Below are positions 25,289 through 38,406 of a stretch of DNA of 64,000 nt, piece after piece. This DNA comes from Ylistrum balloti. Taxonomy: Eukaryota. Numbering within the stretch: position 1 is the stretch's first letter; each line of letters begins with the position of its first letter. The DNA lies in assembly GCF_031769215.1 (NCBI RefSeq), contig NW_026782582.1, positions 310,001 to 374,000 on the forward strand, read 5' to 3'. Under the pieces are notes generated by a model. It had not been told where the DNA came from. It saw only the letters and a list, made by a program, of their open reading frames with translations, and made no database searches. A program made the position numbers and the translations under genes.

Positions 25289-26375
25289 AATAGAATATTT
25301 GCAGTGCTGTATACCAAGAGGATGTGTTCAGTCATAACTGACAAATTAAAAACTAATGGTTATTGAAAATTTTCGATTCCTTGTCACTGAACGCAAGGAC
25401 TTTCAAAACAAAATAGACACTCACAAATATCAGACAGGTTCTCCTTAACAAATAGCTGGAAACTTTAATGAATAGTCGTAGTTTTGTTCAATCTATATTA
25501 GATCTGACAAAACTCCAAGCCACTGTGTGTTGTGAGGTAGAGAACTAGGAGCCAGCAGATATCTATATCCATACTGGTGAACGCCCCATCTATTTAGCAT
25601 GCACATTACGCCTTGTTATCAACTCCACACATACAGGCCCTATAAGTCCAAACGGCACCATTGACAGCACGCAGTTTAATGTCTGTTAGTGATTGTCATG
25701 TGTCCATCACGATGGACAGTTCGGCGAGTCTGCACTTAAAATGTACACCCATCGGCGGACAGTGCACCTTGTACACAACATGTGTCCATTTATCATCTAG
25801 CTGTATTGACCGCTCTGTTGTGAATTGAAATGATTTGAATCGTTATACACAGTTCTGGTAAATTATATCATTTGTATAAAAAGTACACGAAAAAGGAATA
25901 TCGCTAACACATGATTGTCGAAAACTACCAAACATTGATATGTCATGTTACAATTATCACGGACTCTAAGTCCATGGAAGTAGGATCGGAATTGACATGT
26001 GTTACTGTTTGACTCGATTTGGAAAACTACATCAAGAACATGTAAATGTCGTGTTTTCATTTAGTTGTGTTGTGTAGTAGTGATGAGGGAAACATTTTTA
26101 TTTACAATATACCACGGACTTAGTCTGTCAATATACCTATATATTATCAGTGGCCCAAGGCTAACACGTTAGATACCCTTATACCTGTATGTATGTCAAT
26201 TATTCTACACATATACAAACATGTTCGTGTCATTTACTATAAACAAACCCTTCTGGCAAGTTCTGTCAAATTCGTTAGACTTAATCCTTTCTCTCTCATT
26301 GATGAAGGTCGGATTGAATTACATCAGATATAACGTTAGATGGAATTGTTAATTCCTGGATATAAACGTCTTTAC

Positions 26376-26510
26376 CTTGTAGTAGAAATAATGGACAGGG
26401 TAGGTTTCTCGGGTCTCGATAAACGTTCAATCAAAGGATATTTACGATCCTTAACGTGTATATAACTAGGACTAATGAGATTGAATTCATCACCAATAAC
26501 ACCTTATTAT
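26376..26510 (-). mobile_element. Possible decayed LINE ORF2 C-terminal fragment
   Basis: The minus-strand translation GVIGDEFNLISPSYIHVKDRKYPLIERLSRPEKP resembles the IGDEFH...RK...RP motif at the 3' end of CR1/L2-like retroposon ORF2. It is flanked by stops; the resemblance is by eye only. Confidence 0.25.
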
Positions 26511-26600
26511 CGTTATCTTACTAGAGACGTAGACTAAACTGTTATATGTCCCTAGAAATACATTCCACTTCAAAACACGTTTCTCATATTTTTTCTTCAT

Positions 26601-26828
26601 TAAAACCTGGATGTTAATGGTTTATCTCCATCAATTTATTAAACATCCGTATTGAAAAGGGACTTTGAGATGATGTTAAAACCTGGATGTTAATGGTTTA
26701 TCTCCATCAATTTATTAAACAACCGTATTGAAAAGGGACTTTGAGATGATGTTAAAACCTGGATGTTAATGGTTTATCTCCATCAATTTATTAAACATCC
26801 GTATTGAAAAGGGACTTCGAGATGATAT
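26601..26828. repeat. 76-bp tandem repeat, 3 copies
   Basis: taaaacctggatgttaatgg... at 26601, 26677 and 26753. Confidence 0.9.
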
Positions 26829-27229
26829 CATAAACGAAAAACGTCACTATGGAGGTGGCTAGCAAGGTACTCTCTACACCAGGTTAATGGTCGTTTCGGT
26901 AAAAACACCTATCATTGTCATTACTGCTAATTAATAAGTACCACATTTAGCCTAGTTGTTTACAAATTTGATCCAGGAAGCGAACATATCTGTGGAATAC
27001 ATCCGGATCGGGAGGGTGTGCTCCTACAGCACTGCTACCTGTGCTGGCTACATACTTATATATATATATATACATATGGCGTATATATATATATGACTGG
27101 GGGCGCTCTTGAGTGATGGATGTGCGCGACATGAAATCTTCGCCACTGCCTCCTGTCAAGAGTAATCCATCTCACGTCACTACGTCACGATAAACAGTCC
27201 CGCACCGTCTTTACTACCAATTCACTCTT

Positions 27230-27310
27230 AACGGAATTATTTGTGTGTCCTATACCAGGATTTATATACTTTTATCATTTATTCTTTTAACTCTTCTCCG
27301 TGGAAAACAG
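27230..27310 (+). other. Candidate non-coding first exon (5' UTR) of the FRRS1-like gene
   Basis: Consensus donor CAG|GTGAGT at 27310/27311, preceded by a CpG/CRE-like cluster (tcacgtcactacgtcacg, about 27172-27189). The first FRRS1 coding exon has an acceptor (ttgacag, AG at 43033-43034) 14 nt before its ATG and so needs an upstream exon. The link between the two is inference, and the start coordinate is approximate. Confidence 0.3.
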
Positions 27311-27627
27311 GTGAGTTTGATATGTTTGTATGTAAAAACAAGTCATGTGTTTATTTCCGACTTTGATACCAGATGGTGGGCCTGTATGTCCACCTGATGA
27401 AGTGATATACGTGGTCGGTCAGAGTTGGTAGGAAATAAGATTTATAATTAACATCACACTTGATCCTTTTGTAGTCCTGATGTAGTCATACTTATCCAAA
27501 CTTTTTATTTAGGGAAAATTACCGTAACAAAATATAAAAATTATCCCGAAACAGATTTATTATTACCACCGAGTAAAGTGCAATATCTATGTATTGATGT
27601 AGACACATTCGGGAACAAAAGGTTCTC

Positions 27628-27658
<31 letters not shown>

Positions 27659-27808
27659 GGCTGTATTTATCTTCATGTACTTCGCTACTTCTGGAGTACA
27701 GTAAGAATACAAACGTCACAAAGTGAAAACTTTATATAAAGTATTTTGAAAATAATTTCTATGTGATTCCAGGTCTATTTTTGTTCTCTCACCTACAAAA
27801 CATAAACC

Positions 27809-29912
27809 CAGTCTGACTGCTAGTGTGTGGGTACGAGTAAGTCCAGTGTGACTTCTAGTGTGTGGGTACTAGTAAGTCCAGTCTGACTACTAGTATGTGG
27901 GTACAAGTGTGTGGGTACGAGTAAGTCCAGTGTGACTTCTAGTGTGTGGGTACGAGTAAGTCCAGTCTGACTACTAGTGTGTGGGTACGAGTAAGTCCAG
28001 TCTGACTACTAGTGTGTGGGTACTAGTAAGTCCAGTCTGACTACTAGTATGTGGGTACAAGTGTGTGGGTACGAGTAAGTCCAGTGTGACTTCTAGTGTG
28101 TGGGTACGAGTAAGTCCAGTCTGACTACTAGTGTGTGGGTACTAGTAAGTCCAGTCTGACTACTAGTGTGTGGGTACTAGTAAGTCCAGTCTGACTACTA
28201 GTGTGTGGGTACTAGTAAGTCCAGTCTGACTACTAGTGTGTGGGTACTAGTAAGTCCAGTCTGACTACTAGTGTATGGGTACTAGTGTGTGGGTACGAGT
28301 AAGTCCAGTCTGACTACTAGTGTGTGGGTACTAGTAAGTCCAGTCTGACTACTAGTGTGTGGGTACTAGTGTATGGGTGCGAGTAAGTCCAGTTTGACTA
28401 CTATTGTGTGGGTACGAGTAAGTCCAGTCTGACTACTAGTGTGTGGGTCCTAGTAAGTCCAGTCTGACTAGTAGTGTTTGGGTACTAGTGTGTGGGTACT
28501 AGTAAGTCTAGTCTGACTACTAGTGTGTGGGTACTAGTAAGTCCAGTCTGACTACTAGTGTTTTGGTACTAGTATGTGGGTACGAGTAAGTCCAGTCTGA
28601 CTACTAGTGTGTGGGTACGAGTAAGTCCAGTCTGACTACTAGTGTGTGGGTACTAGTAAGTCCAGTCTGACTACTAGTGTTTGGGTACTAGTAAGTCCAG
28701 TCTGACTAGTAGTGTTTGGGTACTAGTGTGTGGGTACTAGAAAGTCCAGTCTGACTACTAGTGTGTGGGTACTAGTAAGTCCAGTCTGACTACTAGTGTT
28801 TGGGTACTAGTGTGTGGGTACTAGAAAGTCCAGTCTGACTACTAGTGTGTGGGTACTAGTAAGTCCAGTCTGACTACTAGTGTGTGGGTACTAGTAAGTC
28901 CAGTCTGACTACTAGTGTTTGGGTACTAGTGTGTGGGTACTAGAAAGTCCAGTCTGACTACTAGTGTGTGGGTACTAGTAAGTCCAGTCTGACTACTAGT
29001 GTTTTGGTACTAGTGTGTGGGTACGAGTAAGTCCAGTCTGACTAATAGTGTGTGGGTACTAGTAAGTCCAGTCTGACTACTGGTTTGTGGGTACTAGTGT
29101 GTGGGTACGAGTAAGTCCAGTCTGACTACTAGTGTGTGGGTACTAGTGTGTGGGCACGAGTAAGTCCAGTCTGACTACTAGTGTGTGGGTACTAGTAAGT
29201 CCAGTCTGACTACTAGTGTGTGGGTACTAGTAAGTCCAGTCTGACTACTGGTTTGTGGGTACTAGTGTGTGGGTACGAGTAAGTCCAGTCTGACTACTAG
29301 TGTGTGGGTACGAGTAAGTCCAGTCTGACTACTGGTGTGTGGGTACTAGTGTGTCGGTACGAGTAAGTCCAGTCTGACTACTAGTGTGTGGGTACTAGTA
29401 AGTCCAGTCTGACTACTAGTGTTTTGGTACTACTAATAGTGTGTGGGTACTAGTAAGTCCAGTCTGACTACTAGTGTATGGGTACTAGTGTGTGGGCACG
29501 AGTAAGTCCAGTCTGACTACTAGTGTGTGGGTACTAGTAAGTCCAGTCTGACTACTAGTGTGTGGGTACTAGTAAGTCCAGTCTGACTACTGGTTTGTGG
29601 GTAGTGTGTGGGTACTAGTGTGTAGTGTGTGGGTACTAGTGTGTGGGCACGAGTAAGTCCAGACTACTAGTGTGTGGGTACTAGTAAGTCCAGTCTGACT
29701 ACTAGTGTGTGGGTACTAGTAAGTCCAGTCTGACTACTGGTGTGTGGGTACTAGTGTGTCGGTACGAGTAAGTCCAGTCTGACTACTAGTGTGTGGGTAC
29801 TAGTAAGTCCAGTCTGACTACTGGTGTGTGGGTACTAGTGTGTGGGTACGAGTAAGTCCAGTCTGACTACTAGTGTGTGGGTACGAGTAAGTCCAGTCTG
29901 ACTACGAGTGTT
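27809..29912. repeat. 35-bp (plus 14-bp subunit) minisatellite array, about 2.1 kb
   Basis: Unit tagtgtgtgggtactagtaagtccagtctgactac, interspersed with tagtgtgtgggtac subunits. Confidence 0.95.
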
Positions 29913-30095
29913 TGGATACGAAATGGAATGAACACAAGTGAACTCTCAATTATGAAACAAAAACTTGTAACTGGAATTGTTATACTACTTCTATGATTAT
30001 TGCAAGCTAACAATTGATAAGTATTAACATAGAAGTATATTTGACAGTTTTATAGAAAAAAAATATAAGACGCCGGAAGATAAATAAAAAATAAT

Positions 30096-30159
30096 GTGCC
30101 CGGTGAGCTTCGAACCTCCAGCTCGCGACCAGTGTTTATTCCTTGTTTAGCCACGGCAC
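30096..30159 (-). pseudogene. Degenerate tRNA-like sequence (tRNA pseudogene or tRNA-derived SINE head)
   Basis: The minus strand reads gtgccgtggctaaacaagg...ggaggttcgaagctcaccgggcac. It has an A-box-like start, a B-box GGTTCGAA and partial gtgcc/ggcac end pairing. It is too short and too mismatched to be a functional tRNA. Confidence 0.25.
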
Positions 30160-31039
30160 TGTGAAGTTATCGTCTGTTTGTTCCACAGTACAAGGAACAG
30201 TTAACCTATAAAAAATGCGAAAATCACTTGTTACTTAAGGACAAAGTAGTCGATAAATTTCTGGAGTAGCTTCTTCCTCAAATAAACCTTGTACAATTTA
30301 ACCATGATATACTCAGGTCTGTTGTTATTTAGTCGCTACAATCATTAACAAATCGGGTTATAAAAAAAAAACTTAGGTAGTGTATGAACATATTCTTAGG
30401 AACTGAATTTTCAATCCTAATAAGTTATAAGGTGTTTTGATACGTTATTGAAGAAACATTGAATTCATAATTATTTTCCGTCAATAAGTATATATATGAA
30501 ATAAGTGAAAGTGTGAACGAGCGTGAATTTACTAATAAGCACTGATATTGATGATTTAACACAATTACTGATCTACAATAATTATGTTTATGTATCCAAC
30601 CAGTCCCATTAAATTATGTATGGCCTCTCTATTTTAAAGACATTTAATCTGTAACTCACACATTAAGTGAGGAGACAATCATGTATTAACATTAACCAAC
30701 ACAATGTCAGGTCTTCATTCATTCTCTCTTTCCGTACGTTTTCTTCCGATAATTGTACAGTATATTTTACTTTCATTTTCCATTAACATTGTACAAGCAA
30801 TGGTCCACATGCTAACTATTGTTGTACCGGTTTGATTACCACGCCTCCGATATAATAAGACGTGTAGACCATACGACATATGACTCACACTTAAATAAGT
30901 TTTCAAATAAAATGAACTTCGTGTATATCTGTATAAAAAGATAAGTACACCTTACTTACTGTTAAGGGATTTAATGTAAACGCGTGACTTCTACCTCGTG
31001 TAGAAGGTGTCATTCGATTCTTTGTTATAAAAAGAAATG

Positions 31040-31385
31040 TAAGGTTTCTCGGACTGTTTCTGTTCTGTCGCCTATAAAACGTAATTTGTAACTGAGACTT
31101 TTATCCTATTTGTAAGATTTCCCGGACTGTTTCCGTTCTGCCTCCTATAAATGTAATTTGTAACTAGGACATTTATCCTATTTGTAAGGTTCCCCGGGCT
31201 GTTTCTGTTCTGTCGCCTATAAAACGTATTTTGTAACTGGGACTTTTATCCTATTTGTAAGGTTCCCCGGACTGTTTCTGTTCTGTCGCCTATAAAACGT
31301 ATTTTGTAACTGGGACTTTTATCCTATTTGTAAGGTTCCCCTGACTGTTTCTGTTTGATTTGTAACTGGGACTTTTAACCTATGT
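31040..31385. repeat. 73-bp tandem repeat, about 4.5 copies
   Basis: ggactgtttctgttctgtcgcctataaaacgt...tttgtaaggttccc at 31051, 31124, 31196 and 31269. Confidence 0.88.
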
Positions 31386-33361
31386 GTATCGCTTGTAGTT
31401 GATTTGATTTGAATGAAGTACTACCACGAAGAACAGGTGTCTGTTTTCTGAATATTTTTCAACTTGACACTTGACATATGATTTGGAGTTTTGTATACGA
31501 AGACGTAACCTAACTATGTTACCTGAAAGTGAATAAGACGCACATTAATTGCGTGTCCACTTGATAACGGCCTTATTTGACATAAATTTCAGCGAGCAGA
31601 CTTAGCCACACTGGGGAAAGCACTAGTTTTGTTTCGCATTCGCGGTGTGTTAATTTAGTTTTATCTTAAGTCGTGCTTTCCTGGTAGATCATCTATTTGT
31701 GGTCATTTAGGAACCAAGGATGTAAAAATGAATAGCTTTAGGATGAATACCGGCGACGTTTCTTGGGGTCTCTCTCCGTTATTTCGTCTCCTTGACAGTT
31801 TTAGTATGGTACTGTTATAGGCGGCCGTAGACCGCACGTGATCCTACCGATCCCAGCTTTCTTTACATACAATGTCGAGAATTCGAGATACGCCCCAGAA
31901 TTAATGTTCTCTAATTGTCTTTGTTACAGTATTTATCTTGCAATGGATCATTTATGTATATAGATGTAACGAGATGCATTTGAAATGTCGTATTCCTTCA
32001 GTATCGTTCAAACATCGACTTCTTAACAATGTTAAGGACCTGTTTACCCTAATACAAGTGAAATCAGACAATCTAGCCGTCTTATCTATGTGAATTCTCT
32101 GTCCAATTAACTAATTACTGTCTAATTGTAGTGTGACCCCTAATGCCCTCTGATCGCCATGCTCGCCCGCACAAAAAATTCTTAAACGTCAACGACGGAA
32201 CTCGCGGAAGTTTTAATATCTAGAGTTATTTCCCTTCTGAAAACCAAGGATTCTTATTGGTAGATTGTTTGTGACGCCAGTCGACACATATTCATTAGTA
32301 GTGTTTTTATGAAGGCCGTGTGCATTAAATGACTATATTTAATTACAAACACATGTCCAGCACATTTAAACGACTAAGGGATGGCGTTTGTCACCTGAGC
32401 CTTAAAGTAACCACATGATGTACAGTAAACATGATTCTAGAGACAAATGTAGTTTAGGCATACAGTCTGTGTGTAAATGAGCGGTAAGGAGATTTATTCT
32501 ATGTCCTTTATGCTCTATTTGTTTACTGCACATCTGTCTCAGATATCTTTGTTTTCAGAAGCTTTACACATCTTTTTGTATATTAGAAGCTCGGATATGA
32601 GTTTTAAATGATAATGCCCCTTGAGAGCTGTTTATAATTGAAATAACATAAATTGTAAAATCATAAGAGACTTCCATTGTGAAAACACTAGTTAGTATCG
32701 GCTGGCGGATGTGCCAGAAACGACGTCACAGATTTAGGAAACTGGAAATCCCAAATGCGACCGAAAAAGACCGAAGCGTGGGATATAATCAAATTCACTG
32801 TAGCCGGAAGGGCTCGGCTGTAACCGCATCGAGATGGGGAAATCGATTCAGGGTACTACCAAGGTGATATATCAAAATGTCAAAATAAAGAGACATCGAA
32901 AATATCGTTGTCGCTGGCTTTTAATTAGCTGTAAATGTAGACAAGACGCTAACAACCTTGTCTACTAAGATCTGCCTCAAATTATTACATGAAGAGATTT
33001 TTTAGGCAGAAAATTAATGAGTGATAAGTGAACATGCAGACTAAGTCGTGATGAACATGCTTTTTCTATACTTTTTACGATGTCTATTTTAGCTGGCCAT
33101 GTTTGCAGGTATACTGATTACCGGTACACATTACATAATAAAGAACTCATAAAGATGAAACTTCCGTTATAAAATGATCAAATGTTTGTCTATGATGAAA
33201 GAGATGCATCTTTCCCGTTCTCGCGGATTTAGATATAGATCTGCATCCAAATCAATGATGTTATTTTGCGTATTTTAAGCTTTTATGCAGATTTGGTATC
33301 TCTGCGGCCGAGAACAGCATTATTTTCTCTCCGAGTTTCTACAGTCCACTTAACAATATAT

Positions 33362-33580
33362 CATTTACTCACAGAAACATTCCCTGCCATGATTGTGTTT
33401 GTGTTGGGTACGATAACAAGGATCGAAGCTTATACCATTTACTCACAGAAACATTCCCTGCCATGATTGTGTTTGTCTTGGGTACGATAACAAGGATCGA
33501 AGCTTATACCATTTACTCACAGAAACATTCCCTGCCATGATTGTGTTTGTCTTGGGTACGATAACAAGGATCGCAGCTCA
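33362..33580. repeat. 74-bp tandem repeat, 3 copies
   Basis: catttactcacagaaacattccctgccatg... at 33362, 33436 and 33510. Confidence 0.9.
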
Positions 33581-34228
33581 CTCCTAAAGAAATGATCTAT
33601 GCAAAGCATTTTTGATGGAATATTTCATACAGCATTGGCCAGTGCGAAAAACAACACTGTGCATGTAATCCAGAAATTATAACAGGATAGCCCAGAATAT
33701 GGTTTAGCGATAAACTTGACATCTAATGGGGACAGAAAATGGAGATTTATTGTCCTGTATGCATTGTGACAGGTGAATCGAACGCACCCGCCGGCCCCCT
33801 CTGTAATGGTTGAGTCTAATGGGAAAGCAGAGAGGCCACCATCACAAAAATACTAAGTGGATAAGTGGACTATTTATCAACTGTCAAGGTCAATGTCATT
33901 GCCAGCTCTACCAGAACAATGATAGGATCTATATATAGTTCTTTTTAGTCTGTAATATATCTCATTCATGCTTAATAAATGCCCCATAGATAGAGCTACG
34001 AATCAAAATTAATTATTTTTACTTTTTATTTAAGATCATTTGGTCGACATGTTTGTGTAACCTCCAAGTATACCATTTACTCGGTAATTAGCTACATGTA
34101 AATATAATGACAATGTTCACACGTAAAGACCGGCGTTCTCCAAATACCCAAGTGAACTATTATCGCTGATCTTTGCATGGTGATTTTTGATTCATTTATT
34201 GTTAATTAAGAATAGAAAATATACATCA

Positions 34229-36840
34229 ATATTCCGGTATAGCTAAGCAATAAAGGAAACATCGGCTTTATCTCATCATTATTCCGGTATAGCTAAGGAA
34301 ACATCGGTCTCATCTCAACATTATTCCGGTATAGCTAAGCAATAAAGGAAACATCGGCTTTATCTCATCACTATTCCGGTATAGCTAAGCAATAAAGGAA
34401 ACATCGGCTTTATCTCATCATCATTCCGGTATAGCTAAGGAAACATCGGTCTCATCTCATCATTATTCCGTTATAGCTAAGGAAACATCGGCTTTATCTC
34501 ATCACTTTTCCGGTATAGCTAAGCAATAAAGGAAACATCGGCTTTATCTCATCATTATTCCGGTATAGCTAAGGAAACATCGGTCTCATCTCATCATTAT
34601 TCCGGTATAGCTAAGGAAACATCGGTCTCATCTCATCACTATTCCGGTATAGCTAAGGAAACATCGGCTTTATCTCATCATTATTCCGGTATAGCTAAGC
34701 AATAAAGGAAACATCGGCTTTATCTCATCATTATTCCGGTAAAGCTAAGGAAACATCGGTCTCATCTCATCATTATTCCGGTATAGCTAAGCAATAAAGG
34801 AAACATCGGCTTTATCTCATCATCATTCCGGTATAGCTAAGGAAACATCGGTCTCATCTCATCATTATTCCGTTATAGCTAAGGAAACATCGGCTTTATC
34901 TCATCACTATTCCGGTATAGCTAAGCAATAAAGGAAACATCGGCTTTATCTCAACATTATTCCGGTATAGCTAAGGAAACATCGGTCTCATCTCATCATT
35001 ATTCCGGTATAGCTAAGGAAACATCGGTCACATCTCATCACTATTCCGGTATAGCTAAGCAATAAAGAAACATCGGCTTTATCTCATCATTATTCCGGTA
35101 TAGCTAAGCAATAAAGGAAACATCGGCTTTATCTCATCATTATTCCGGTATAGCTAAGGAAACATCGGTCTCATCTCAACATTATTCCGGTATAGCTAAG
35201 CAATAAAGGAAACATCGGCTTTATCTCATCATTATTCCGGTATAGCTAAGCAATAAAGGAAACATCGGCTTTATCTCATCATCATTCCGGTATAGCTAAG
35301 GAAACATCGGTCTCATCTCATCATTATTCCGTTATAGCTAAGGAAACATCGGCTTTATCTCATCACTATTCCGGTATAGCTAAGCAATAAAGGAAACATC
35401 GGCTTTATCTCATCATTATTCCGGTATAGCTAAGGAAACATCGGTCTCATCTCATCATTATTCCGGTATAGCTAAGGAAACATCGGCTTTATCTCATCAC
35501 TATTCCGGTATAGCTAAGGAAACATCGGTCTCATCTCATCATTATTCCGGTATAGCTAAGCAATAAAGGAAACATCGGCTTTATCTCATCATTATTCCGG
35601 TATAGCTAAGGAAACATCGGCTTTATCTCATCATTATTCCGGTATAGCTAAGGAAACATCGGTCTCATCTCATCACTATTCCGGTATAGCTAAGGAAACA
35701 TCGGTCTCATCTCATCATTATTCCGGTATAGCTAAGCAATAAAGGAAACATCGGCTTTATCTCATCATTATTCCGGTATAGCTAAGGAAACATCGGCTTT
35801 ATCTCATCATTATTCCGGTATAGCTAAGGAAACATCGGTCTCATCTCATCATTATTCCGTTATAGCTAAGGAAACATCGGCTTTATCTCATCACTATTCC
35901 GGTATAGCTAAGCAATAAAGGAAACATCGGCTTTATCTCATCATCATTCCGGTATAGCTAAGGAAACATCGGTCTCATCTCATCATTATTCCGTTATAGC
36001 TAAGGAAACATCGGCTTTATCTCATCACTATTCCGGTATAGCTAAGCAATAAAGGAAACATCGGCTTTATCTCATCATTATTCCGGTATAGCTAAGGAAA
36101 CATCGGTCTCATCTCATCATTATTCCGGTATAGCAATAAAGGAAACATCGGCTTCATCTCATCACTATTCCGGTATAGCTAAGGAAACATCGGTCTCATC
36201 TCATCATTATTCCGGTATAGCTAAGCAATAAAGGAAACATCGGCTTTATCTCATCATTATTCCGGTATAGCTAAGGAAACATCGGCTTTATCTCATCATT
36301 ATTCCGGTATAGCTAAGCAATAAAGGAAACATCGGCTTTATCTCATCACTATTCCGGTATAGCTAAGGAAACATCGGCTTTATCTCATCATTATTCCGGT
36401 ATAGCTAAGCAATAAAGGAAACATCGGCTTTATCTCATCATTATTCCGGTATAGCTAAGCAATAAAGGAAACATCGGCTTTATCTCATCATTATTCCGGT
36501 ATAGCTAAGGAAACATCGGTCTCATCTCATCATTATTCCGGTATAGCTAAGGAAACATCGGTCACATCTCATCACTATTCCGTTATACCTAAGGAAACAT
36601 CGGCTTTATCTCATCACTATTCCGGTATAGCTAAGCAATGAAGGAAACATCGGCTTTATCTCAACATTATTCCGGTATAGCTAAGGAAACATCGGTCTCA
36701 TCTCATCATTATTCCGGTATAGCTAAGGAAACATCGGTCTCATCTCATCACTATTCCGGTATAGCTAAGCAATAAAGAAACATCGGCTTTATCTCATCAT
36801 TATTCCGGTATAGCTAAGCAATGAAGGAAACAACGGATTT
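34229..36840. repeat. 42/50-bp minisatellite array, about 2.6 kb
   Basis: Unit ttattccggtatagctaag(caataaag)gaaacatcgg(cttt/tctc)atctcatca, with two length variants interleaved. Confidence 0.95.
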
Positions 36841-36921
36841 ATCTAGTCTGGAATATAATTATAACGACTTAGAGTAAGGATTTCGGAGGAAGTGTATTCA
36901 GCGTTCGTCTGTGTAGAACTC

Positions 36922-37426
36922 GGATGTGTCTTCTGTTTGTATATGGATCTCAGTTATGGTGTTGATGTGTCTTCTGTTTGTGTTGGGATCTGTGTTCTGG
37001 TGTTGATGTGTCTTCTGTTTGTATACGGATCTCAGTTATGGTGTTGATGTGTCTTCTGTTTGTGTTGGGATCTGTGTTCTGGTGTTGATGTGTCTTCTGT
37101 TTGTAGAAATCTCAATTATGGTGTTGATGTGTCTTCTGTTTGTGTAGAAATCTCAGTTATGGTGTTGCTGTGTCTTCTGTTTGTAGAAATCTCAATTATG
37201 GTGTTGATGTGTCTTCTGTTTGTGTAGAAATCTCAGTTATGGTGTTGATGTGTCTTCTGTTTGTGTAGGGATCTGTGTTATGGTGTGGATGTGTCTTTTG
37301 TTTGTGTAGGGATCTGTGTTATGGTGTCGATGTGTCTTTTGTTTGTGTAGGGATTTGTGTTATGGTGTTGACGTGTCTTCTGTTTGTGTAGGGATCTGTG
37401 TTATGGTGTTGACGTGTCTTCTGTTC
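36922..37426. repeat. 39-41 bp minisatellite, about 13 copies
   Basis: Unit ggtgttgatgtgtcttctgtttgtgtagggatctgtgttat. Confidence 0.9.
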
Positions 37427-38279
37427 TGATACATAAGTTAGCCATGTCATCTTTTAGGTGACAATGACACATAATTTCAGAGAGGAGCATTAACATTTAT
37501 ATGAAATATAATGATACATCACGATATAGAAAAACACAAGTCACATCAGACCCCCACCTTACCCACACACCCCGACAAAACATCAGCATGATAGCGTCGA
37601 CATTCCCGCCCGAATAATCCTTAAGAGTAACATATGCAATTTTCTGCAAAATCTTGAACTCACCATCTATTCGAAAGGTACAAACACCTTCACGAGTTAG
37701 GTAACACTGATTAATGTTGATGTTAATATTACAACTGAGAAAAAGAATTATTAATTTTCCGCTGTTTTTCTCGCTTTCCATTTTGATCCTTATTTATATA
37801 ATAAATATCAAAATACTAGAAGTGATTTTCAACGGAGGCGACATTTCAACTGAAATTGAAAATATTAACAGGCTGTGTCCTCTCCGTTGACACTTGATTT
37901 TATCTACGCACAAATAGCAATATAAATATTGGCATAAAACAATTAAAATAAATACTAATGTACTTTTATTAGAGAATACACTTTGTGATGTGTGTTGTAC
38001 CTGTGTGTTGTACCTGTATGTTGAGATGGTCTTGTTTATGGGGACCTCGGGGCTGATTGGCAATAATGGCCTGACCTGTAAACCTGCATGTCTCTGACAC
38101 TGTCCCCAGTAGCAATGGTATAACATGCTTGTCGGTATACATAAAAGTGTAATTTCCGGAAATTGTAAAATGGTAAAAGTGCTTTCATCTCATACGCTTT
38201 ATAGAAGATCATGACGGCTTTACGTCACTGAACTCTCTTTTATCTGCCTGGACTGCTAATTTTTATCATTTTTTTATTT

Positions 38280-38406
38280 GGAGAGAGAGAAAGTGCGGGA
38301 GAGATAGACAGAGCGAGGTGGAGAGAGACAGACAGAGAGCGAGAGAAAGACACAGAGAGAGGAGGAGAGAAAGAGAGAGAGAGAGTGGGGGGGGGGGGGG
38401 AGAGAG
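38280..38406. repeat. Imperfect (GA)n microsatellite with poly-G run
   Basis: gagagagagaaagtgcgggagagatagacagagcgagg...gggggggggggggg. Confidence 0.85.

Noticed and set aside
22663-36840. CRISPR-like appearance of the 34-, 35- and 42-bp arrays
   Set aside because: Units are contiguous with no unique spacers, there are no cas genes, and the context is a spliced eukaryotic locus.
37497-38126. Two minus-strand ORFs (94 and 110 aa) with donor-like motifs
   Set aside because: No recognisable protein and no consistent exon chain.
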